Shown: positions 54,907 through 64,000 of the stretch, piece by piece
Position numbering within the stretch: position 1 is the stretch's first letter
Layout of the letters: every line of letters begins with the position of its first letter
Assembly (NCBI RefSeq): GCF_006345805.1
Contig: NC_042997.1
Span: forward strand, 161,696,001-161,760,000
Source of the DNA: Octopus sinensis
Lineage: Eukaryota
Reading direction: 5' to 3'
Length of the DNA stretch: 64,000 bases
The notes under the pieces: model-generated
What the model saw: only the letters and a program-made list of their open reading frames with translations
Told to the model about the DNA's origin: nothing
The model's database searches: none
Position numbers and translations under genes: made by a program

Positions 54907-54936
54907 CTTTGGGACGCTCTTCCTGTGTTACAATAT
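54907..54936 (-). CDS. Micro-exon class F (DIVTQEERPK)
   Basis: acag|30 nt|gtgagc. Confidence 0.87.
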
Positions 54937-55685
54937 CTGTGAAATTTAATAAAGTGAAATTGCGATTAATAAATACAATTGCAATTGTACATCTATAAAT
55001 TTGACTGCTAAAATCGCTATTCCTGCTAGTATTTGAATATAAATGTATAATATATTACTGTTTATAACTGTACGTATTGCTTTTGTAAGCAAGAATATTT
55101 CAAGCAACTTGATTCAATATTATGTATGTTTTAAACATAGGCACATTGTATTTATATATAAAAAAAACATTGATATCTAATTAAATTGCATTATGGTAAG
55201 TACTTTTATAGTTAAACGATCGACACATTTTAGTATATGTTCTTGCTAATTCAAAATACAAATGTTGTAAAGTACTAAAAAAAACAAATACACAATATAC
55301 GAATTACGTGACTAGAACCACCCTAATATAACACACAAAAACGACTAACACTGTACGACATCCACAGCAACTTTTTCAGAATATTCGCGTTATATGATAT
55401 TAGTCCAAAATATACGGTATCTGACAAAAGGTAATATATATTGTAAATTGTCTACGAAATAGTTCACTAGAAATGCTTATACGTGTTTTTATTCATAAGT
55501 TATCGCCTAAACTTTACAAGATACTGTAAAACATCATTCACCAATCAAAGATTATATAAAATTCTTTGGAAAAGTATCCACACGAATGCTCAATACATTT
55601 ATTCTCTCTCAACAACGTAGGAACGACACAAAACTATACGCAGACAAGCAGAAACAAAGAATTATTGCAACAATCTCTCACTCAC

Positions 55686-55715
55686 CAACTGTAGATTCCA
55701 CTTCAGAACGTGTTT
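55686..55715 (-). CDS. Micro-exon class A (ETRSEVESTV)
   Basis: atag|30 nt|gtgagt. Confidence 0.87.
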
Positions 55716-56015
55716 CTATAAAAAGGTGAACGTAAAAATATAAACCCATCAGTTTCATCATACAAACATTAAATATATAGTGGATCGAATAGTAATTTTA
55801 GTTTACTCTTAGAAATCATTTATTTCCGAAATACAATATTTTAAACTAGATGATTAAAGTATTATAAAAATGAAAGTAAAATTGAAAATACTTTCATAAT
55901 GGGTGTACAAATTCAGATGTATGAAATTTAGTATATTTCAAAACGAATATCGCAGAATTTTCTATTTATAGTCATGTTGATACATTCGCTATGAAACAAT
56001 TCTGTAGTAACTTAC

Positions 56016-56045
56016 CTGTACGGGTTACTTTTTCTGTTACGACTT
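56016..56045 (-). CDS. Micro-exon class B (EVVTEKVTRT)
   Basis: acag|30 nt|gtaagt. Confidence 0.87.
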
Positions 56046-57639
56046 CTGTAGAATTAATGAAATAAATAAATGACTCAAGAGAAACGTATACGAATCTATA
56101 ATTACGTAGTTTCTATTATATACATATATTTGTGTATGTATATATATATATATATATATATACATATATATACATGTGTGTGTGTATAGATATGTATGTA
56201 TATTTATGTGCATGTATATACATGTATAAATATATATACTCACCCAACAATATATATATATGTATGTATAGATACACATATATATACTTATACGTATTAT
56301 ATATTTGAATTTATCTCTGTGTGTATGCATGTATGTATTTCTGTATGTATATGTGTATTTACGTTTGTATGTATGTGCGATTATAATTCACGTAAGTGCT
56401 CTTTATAAAGAAACGTTGACAAATATGCTTTAATGAACTAAAAAATGCTAATTAGATAGAGAAGCAAAACTAAGTCAGCAGCGTAATTTTCAGCGACACT
56501 CCAAATAACCGGGAAATATTTGCAGGAATTAACCGCTGGTTTCTATTAAGATTGTATTTTCATGCTCAGAGAAAATTTGATCTCTTTCAGTAAGTGGTAT
56601 GCACAGCTATGTTTCAGTATTTTTAGGACATTTAAGTTAGAATGACCAATTCACATCTTTGGTTACTTGACAAATGTTCTTCCATGTAGAAATATGTTAC
56701 GAAAATGTTTATCCCTTATAATTTGCATAATCATAAAACGAGAGTAAAAACTTCTAACTCAACTGTACCAGGACAATATATTTAGACTTTTGCTAGCTAT
56801 TGAATGACACATGCAAAACTTTTTATATGAATTTTTTTTTAATTGAAAAGGGAAAGAAAAAACTGAACGGTAATGTTTAGAGACTGAAAGTAGGTTTCTG
56901 CATTTATGATTGCATGAAATTTTAGTGTGTTTAATTCTGTTTGTGAGTGTGTCTTAGTGATTGTTGACAATTCTAAAGCAAATCGTGATTGGTGTCCCCT
57001 GTTCAATGAAACGATTGAATCCTAATATTTAAATCGAAGTATATATTCATTCATTGCACTACAAATAATATCTTTCCTATCATTGATTAAAGAATATTGA
57101 TTTTACTTCATAATTCAGGAGAAACCCTCTGCTCTATAATTTTGAACATACTTCAAAAATACACAGAAAATGAAATGAGGCAATAATAAGCTGTAGCAAA
57201 CAAACAGAGACACCAACAAACAAAAGATATAAAATGGCAGGAGCAAAATTGAGTGCAAAACGAACTGAAAAACAATGTAAACACATCTTTGAGAAAGACG
57301 TTGTTTGTAGGTGTTTTACTGCTTAATTCACATTGACGTTTTTCTATAAATAGCGCATCTATTAAATGGCACATGCCTCTCTGCTTTGAATGAATATTTG
57401 TCGCTACTGTGCGTGTATGTTAGTATTTCTGAGAATTTCATGTTTCAGATTTTGTGCTTAATCGCATGTGAGAAAGACGCTTGTATATGTACATATATTT
57501 GTATGTATTATGCGTTAGCTTTCAAGCCTATTATGTATTTGTGTACTACAAATATCTCACTATTTATTTGCTGTAGCCCTCATATTGTCTGCAAAGCAAA
57601 GCACAGAAAGCCACTGGATTTATTGCAAATTAGACTCAC

Positions 57640-57669
57640 CAACTGTAGATTCGACTTCAGAGGGTTTTT
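57640..57669 (-). CDS. Micro-exon class C (EKPSEVESTV)
   Basis: tcag|30 nt|gtgagt. Confidence 0.87.
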
Positions 57670-58401
57670 CTGATGAAAATTAAAATCAATTATTAATTAC
57701 CAGATTTTTCGATAATTTACTTGTTCATATTTAAGAAAATGATTACGTTTATATCATGAGCTTATGTATTTGCACTTTAACACATTCGTTAGATTGATAT
57801 TTTCACTTTACATCTTCTTACTGAATTTAAGTGAAACATTTTGCTTCTGTTATTTACTCTTTTAAAAAATAATACTAATTAGATAGCCATTAAAATAATT
57901 CAGAAACGGACAAAGTCAACATCCATTCACAAGGTTGCAAAAGCAACGAAACTTTTGGAAGAAAAAATACAAATAACTCAGAAATATTTCATAAATATAT
58001 TTTCATAAATTTGCCAAACTCTATATTATTGATTAGAATATATGGACAGTAAAATATATACTCGAGAAGACTTAATATTCGTGGCCACTATGTTGTTAAA
58101 AATATATTTAGTGTTTCTTACTCTTATTTTTTGTATGATGTAATTGGTGAGGGTATATATTTACATTTGCCTTTCACTGGAAACAGCAACCGTACACTTT
58201 TTCAAAATCATATGTTTACAAAGCAAATTTTCGGTTAAAGCAAAAGATGTTTTAAAAAGTGTAGATGGAATGGAAATTATTGTTTTATGAAAGATATTCT
58301 AAGTAGGAAATATTACATTTGGCAAATGAATATTGCTAAAGAATTAAGGATTTGACTTCATTTTAATGTGTAGTGTGAGGAATAATTCTATACTAGCTTA
58401 C

Positions 58402-58431
58402 CTGTATGAGTCACTTCCTCCGTTACGACCT
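58402..58431 (-). CDS. Micro-exon class B (EVVTEEVTHT)
   Basis: acag|30 nt|gtaagc. Confidence 0.83.
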
Positions 58432-58869
58432 CTGTGAAATTAATGAAACATATTTGTAAATATTTGAAAAGATACTTTGCATAACTACGTAGCGTTTATT
58501 AAAAAAATATTTGTACATATAGTATTTTACATTATCATTTTCCAGGCATAATATATATAAATATATATATATCCATAAATATATAAATACAAATCTGTAG
58601 CAGAGTCTATAATTGTGTTTGTACTCGTCTTTGATCCCATGCATGTATATATGCTTGGATGCTTCATTATAATTCACTCAGTGAGAATATTTACGTATGT
58701 AAATATTGTGAGATGCCAATTGGTAACGCAGAACTGGCTCGTTTCAGCAGTTTTTAGCTAAACTCAACGGAAGTAGGAAATAATTTCAAGAAAAGAAGTT
58801 TCTCACAAAAGCTAAACGATAACTGCGCTCATCTTTCTGTCTTATTACACGCAGCAACTTGCGTGCTCC

Positions 58870-59545
58870 ATCGTAACTGCCTCGCTGGTTATAGGTGAGA
58901 CGACAAAAAATTCCACTGGTTGGTTCAATTGTCTGTGTTCCAACAGGATGGTAAAGATATTTTTGAACTGGTCATTCAGGACCTCACTGATTATCCGCTA
59001 TCTGTGAGTGAACCATCCTTCTGGAAGAAGGATCCTATTTTGCAGCGTACTGAGGCTGTTTCTTTGACATAATGAAAGAAAGCCTTTGGGTTTGATTTGA
59101 TGTATTTTATAACCCATGATTCATTGTCTGCTTTCTCCTTCATATCGGATTATTACTCCATCAGTGTTGTCCTTAGGCGAAACCTTTCACTACTTTTGAG
59201 AGGTAGGTTGATGCAATTTGCAACCTTCGTCCATCTCATAACAGTCTTCCTCTCCCTTTGATTCTTGCTCCTTTTTTGTGTTGGCCTTGTGCTCTAGGAC
59301 ATATTTCTGGCATATGGTTTGCATAATAGACATAAAATATTCTAGTTTCATGCCAATGTCTGGTGTGGAGAAACACTTTGACCAGTCCTGTCTGAGGATC
59401 TCCTTTTGGATCGATTTCCAGTCTTTTATGTGGAAGTTCAGGTTGGACAGATTTTGGGTGCTTCCTTTAGGCTGTATGTCTTTGGCTACTTTTGGTCAAT
59501 ACACAGACAACTCTATTATGTTGGGATCCGAAACGAATGTCCGCG
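58870..59545 (-). mobile_element. Decayed CR1/L2-group LINE ORF2 fragment (end of endonuclease to pre-RT region)
   Basis: Minus strand: SDPNIIEL..LNFHIKDWKSIQKEILRQDWSKCFS..IKSNPKAFFHYVK. Confidence 0.75.
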
Positions 59546-60426
59546 TCACTTTCACAGTATGAACAATGTCTATATATATAACAACAACAACAACAACAAT
59601 AATAATAATAATAATAATAATGATAATATATGTATATATGGGTACGGGACGTCACCAACTGTGTAAACAAGATGAAATACGAAGACAAACGTGTTAAATA
59701 CGTAAACAACGAGAGAAAATGGAAAACATGACAAATAAACACAGAGAAACGACCCTTCGTCAGTTGTCGGCTGTCTATCTACTCCTTATTTCGAGCATTC
59801 AACGACAATATGAGTCTTCAAAGACATTTGCTCCCATAAATTCTAAAATAAAATTCAGGATTTATGGCGGGACAAAGTTGGGAACAAAAACAGGACAGTG
59901 GAGACATACAAGGAAACCGAACGAAAACAATCATGGAAGATCGTTAGACCAAAATGAGAGGAAAATAGTAAACGTTGGGAGAAATAATTTCTTTTGAAAG
60001 AGAAAAGATAGAAGAGGTACTGAAAGTTAAGAAAATACAAATTCTCCAATCAGAGTATAATACATGAACAGAAAGCGCAATGCCAAGTGAAAAACAATAC
60101 CAACATATTTTCGCGACAGCCAGCATTATATAATGAAATCTGGTTTAATATGTTTCGTAAAATTCAGACAATCGTTATGAAGGATTAATGCATTTTCCTG
60201 TAGAACAAGGCTTGTTTCTCTGTAGAACATTGTTTGTTGTTATTGTGTGTGAATGCTTTCGTGTCCGGAATTTCGCATTTTGAATATGTCTGTGACTTTG
60301 TTCAGCTATGAAATACATTAATTATTTGCGTCATTGTACATCTCTTCCTGTATATCTGCTATAACCCACAGTTGATGGTGAAGCCAAACATTAAAAGCAA
60401 CAGAAATTATTGCAAATAAAACTCAC

Positions 60427-60456
60427 CAACAGCAGATTCAACTTCAGATGGTGTTT
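60427..60456 (-). CDS. Micro-exon class C variant (ETPSEVESAV)
   Basis: tcag|30 nt|gtgagt. Confidence 0.8.
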
Positions 60457-60518
60457 CTGAACAAAAATTGAAATAAACTGCGATAAGCATGTTACTTCAC
60501 AAAAGCCTCATAAATTTA

Positions 60519-60595
<77 letters not shown>

Positions 60596-60785
60596 ATGAG
60601 TATTATAATACATATTGCATTTGATATATAGAGTAAATGGAGCTATCTAAAATATGGTTTATATATAAGCACACCAAAGAAGGTTACAATCGACGTTTTT
60701 CTTCAGATAATACGCAAAATATAAATTTTCGAGAAAATGATTGTAAATTCTGAACGGATCTATGTCATTATTTGACGTTGCTTAA

Positions 60786-60815
60786 GTATCTAAGATTTGA
60801 CTTTGGTAGTGATTG
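60786..60815 (-). pseudogene. Dead class-D micro-exon (donor lost, in-frame TAG)
   Basis: gcttaa-gtatctaagattt..gattg-ctatgaaatt..acgtaat aligns to the class-D context at the usual ~330 nt from a class-C exon. Confidence 0.55.
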
Positions 60816-62558
60816 CTATGAAATTTACGACGTAATCAATACCATATTGTTTACTGCAATGCATAAGCAGTATGATTATACAGTATGATCCAGATGGTCC
60901 TTTAGTATTTAAATACTATATAAAATTATGTTTAATTATGTTATAGTTATGTTGTTATATATTTTTAATACTGCTTTTGTGTCTGAGTGTAACATGGTTC
61001 CCATGTGAAGGAGTTCTGAGCTGTTGTTTAATATGAGTATTTGTTGTTATTTCATTTACCAAGTCTAAATCTATATAACGAAAGATCCTTAAGGAAGAGA
61101 ACGTGTGTGTCTAAGAAAAAAACCGCAATTATTAGTATCTTATGGATAGATACTAGTCAAACTTTTTCATTCTTAACTGCAACATTGTCAAACACATTAA
61201 CAGTTCTATTATTAACCCTGTACTGTATTCTTTGAATTGGGGATTGATCCCACCAAACGAGAGCTTGGACACGAGTAAGTTTACATAATTTCAGGCTGAT
61301 CAAAAACTTTTCGAATTTAGTAATCGGAAACTGTGAAATATGTCGCAATGTTCATTCTTGCTCTTGGGTGCTAGATTTAATCTGCCAACCGCTTTAACAA
61401 CACAAACAATTGCTTACAACAGATTTAAATCACAACACAATCGAATCCGTTGCAAAGATTTGGACCTAGTTTCAGATAACTTCCTATTTTCATCCCTAGT
61501 TCCCTAGTTCCGTAAAACTGGGGAAAATAATAGGCACTTCTCGTTCATCCTTCAGTAAATTAGAAATATATATGTACATGAATGGACGTATGAATGTACA
61601 TGTGTGTGTGTGTGTATGGTAAACACTTTTCTTATATTCCCTCCTATTTAAATAATAGGATTTTTATTACTAGCACTACATTAAAAGAGGAAAGGGTGAT
61701 CATTTCAAATTACACATTAAATGAGGACTTTTTCATTACAATTAAGAGGATAACAATAACCTTAGTAAAAACACAAAAATTGTCAAATATAAATCAATAT
61801 AGCAACAACGGAAGCAAGAAACAAGAGAACAATGTCGACAACAGTTCTTCAGAATAAGTATTACATACAAATAATATGATATAGCTATATATATATGTAG
61901 AAACGTGTTGATCTTATATAGAATCTAATTTTTTATATGCACTGTTCATAAAGCTAATATACATTAGCTGTTGACAGTATAGTTAGTGCAATAGCTATGT
62001 AACATATCTGGCTTGTTTTAAAATTATATGAAGGGTATGCTACAAATGTTTAGAGGATATGGAGTAATGGCAACGTTAATCCTGTAACTTCCGTGTTCAA
62101 AAAAGTTTTAAAACTTTACAAATAATACGGAGCATTGCAGTAACAAATATATTAAGCTGCAAAACGGAGAGACGTTATACATTGGCCATAATTACATTGA
62201 GGAAGAAGAATAAAACAAAAGGATGTAATCATGTTCGTAAATAAGCATAATAATTATAAAACCATGTTGATTAATACACAGGAAGCGAAAATGTTGCCTA
62301 CAAACCAGACCACTGGAATTAAGCGCACTAGAAGAGTAGAATTATCTCGCATTTGTAATTTGCAATGCATTGCATCATATTTATTAAGGATTATGCACAT
62401 TGATGAGCGTTTATGCGTGCATATTATAACAGGCAGATCTATATAATATAAATGCCTGAAATCATAAGTAATCCGTGTATTTAAATGCCTAAATTTTACA
62501 TATAGGATAGTGAAGTCAAACATAGAAAGCAACTGAGATTATTTCATATGCCACTCAC

Positions 62559-62588
62559 CAAATGTGGATTCAACTTCAGATGGTTTTT
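62559..62588 (-). CDS. Micro-exon class C variant (EKPSEVESTF)
   Basis: acag|30 nt|gtgagt. Confidence 0.83.
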
Positions 62589-63481
62589 CTGTGCGAAATT
62601 AAAATAATATTCATTAACTGTTATTGAAATATCATATAGGCACACGCACATACACGTTCACACGCGTCGAAGACACACATTCAATCTTTCTGAAATGCTA
62701 TCTATATGAACATATGTAAATGCACATATATGTTGGTATATATGTATACCTATAAATACATGTTAAAGAAATCAAATTAATGCAGCTGTGACAAAATTAC
62801 AGATTTAATGCGAACAATGCATTATTTATACCATTATGTTAGAAACTGAGATACACACGAGCAAAAGAAAAGTTTTGCCGTTGAAGTTGACGTGACTGTG
62901 AAAAGTATAGATGCATATAGCGCACTTTTTATGGAAGATTTGAATGATATTTCGAGAAAGTTGAGCAACCACATAGTGAATAGCGCATTACTTAACGTTC
63001 GCGCGCTTGTGTGTGTGTGTGTCTGTGTCTGTGTCTGTCTGTCTGTGTTTTTGTGTGCGCGCGCTTGTATGCTTTGCTCAATTAGGCGTAAGGTTAGAGT
63101 TACTGGGCTAGGAGCAAGCATTATGTAACCCTAAATCCTAGTCGTATATAAATTTAAAACCGTATTCTCGTAATTGAAAAGTCAAATCTTCAAGCTTCAG
63201 TGAATAGGTCTTATTCTGTACAGCTTAAACAAATTACACACTCTGTCAACAATGAAAATATATCGAACCCACTTTATTAATCGCAATATTTCCTACACTT
63301 ATGACTACTTGTACATCATTGAATTATGAACAGTATATCTTGTAATTGATATTATAGAATATGCTCGAAATTTAAGTTCACAATTTGTAATTACTACAAT
63401 ATATAATCAAGTAAAAATTAAATAGAAGTTATTTAAGAAATCCTGTCAGAATTTGGAGTATCTAGTGAAAATATTGCTTAC

Positions 63482-63511
63482 CTCCACGAATAATGGTTTC
63501 CTTTATAATTT
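63482..63511 (-). CDS. Divergent class-D-like micro-exon (EIIKETIIRG)
   Basis: acag|30 nt|gtaagc. Confidence 0.8.
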
Positions 63512-63807
63512 CTGTGAATTCAACCAAATTCATAATTAGCGTGTTAATTAACATATTCTAATAATTAGTCAAATATATACACTATATTTACTTTACTAGC
63601 ACAGTTATTTTTCTGGGAGAATTAAACCTAATTTTCAGTTAGAAATAAAGATCAAATAATATATTTAATCAAAAGTTTAATCCAAAATGAATTTTTCATA
63701 ATAAGCGTTCTTTTTTCAAGTGTATTTTGTAGCAGATGTAAGGAAAAATATTAGCCGAAAAATCAAATATTAATCGTTCGCATCAATCAGTTTATAAGCA
63801 AACTCAC

Positions 63808-63831
63808 CAATCGTTTCAGCATACGGTCGAT
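63808..63831 (-). CDS. 24-nt micro-exon of a different type (DRPYAETI)
   Basis: tttccatctag|24 nt|gtgagt, phase 1-1, open frame. Confidence 0.7.
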
Positions 63832-64000
63832 CTAGATGGAAATGAAAAACCGTTATATATATTTTTTAAATCTCTCAGCTGAATGCACAAGTTTCAACAT
63901 TTAATATTTCAGTTAAATATGATATGCTATGGAACTTTGATTTCTTAAGATTTCGCAAGACAAATATAAAGAACTGACATTATGGTAAGTGAAAAGTAAG

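Larger units (their letters stand above)
1881..63831 (-). other. Multi-exon gene (5' end outside window): micro-exon-encoded E/V/T-rich repeat region followed by an I-set Ig domain; titin/obscurin/twitchin-like
   Basis: 67 phase 1-1 micro-exons and a phase 1-1 Ig exon on the same strand splice into one stop-free frame; the orthologue cannot be named from sequence alone. Confidence 0.8.

Noticed and set aside
986-56408. Many ORF-track entries rich in YI/IY, CV or HT dipeptides
   Set aside because: These are translations of (TA)n, (TG)n, (CA)n and (TACA)n microsatellites, which lack stops in some frames; there is no coding signature
10034-63831. CRISPR-like reading of the recurring ~30-nt conserved blocks
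   Set aside because: The gaps are 0.3-2.5 kb, the blocks have spliceosomal AG/GT ends and synonymous codon variation, there are no cas genes, and the context is eukaryotic
10034-63831. Dscam-style mutually exclusive exon cluster or V(D)J-like DNA rearrangement
   Set aside because: All exons are 3n and symmetric and can be included in series. The classes are interleaved rather than grouped, and I saw no docking/selector or RSS-like motifs. Cassette skipping is the simpler model; long reads would decide.

Overview
This is AT-rich eukaryotic genomic DNA, dense in (TA)n/(TG)n/(TACA)n microsatellites, SINEs, MITEs and decayed LINEs. The repeat style suggests an octopus-type cephalopod (inference). 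Most ORF-track entries are microsatellite noise. The real content is one minus-strand, intron-rich gene whose 5' end lies beyond the right edge. From 10,034 to 63,831 it carries an ordered array of 67 micro-exons: 66 of exactly 30 nt and one of 24 nt, all AG..GT and all phase 1-1. They fall into six classes that repeat, in transcript order, as F-E-D-C-B-A (DIVTQDERPK / EQPSEAEATV / EIIRETETRI / EKPSEVESTV / EVVTEKVTRT / ETRSEVESTV). Fully spliced they give a ~668-aa E/V/T/S/R/K/P-rich repeat region. This joins in frame to a 267-nt titin/obscurin-type I-set Ig exon (3598-3864) and possibly to a terminal exon resembling an internally deleted Ig (1881-2038). The array shows synonymous variation between copies, conserved YGCY-rich intron motifs, a recent ~3.7-4 kb unit duplication, exon losses, pseudo-exons and a mariner insertion. 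Coordinates were read by hand. Expression and alternative splicing cannot be shown from the sequence alone.
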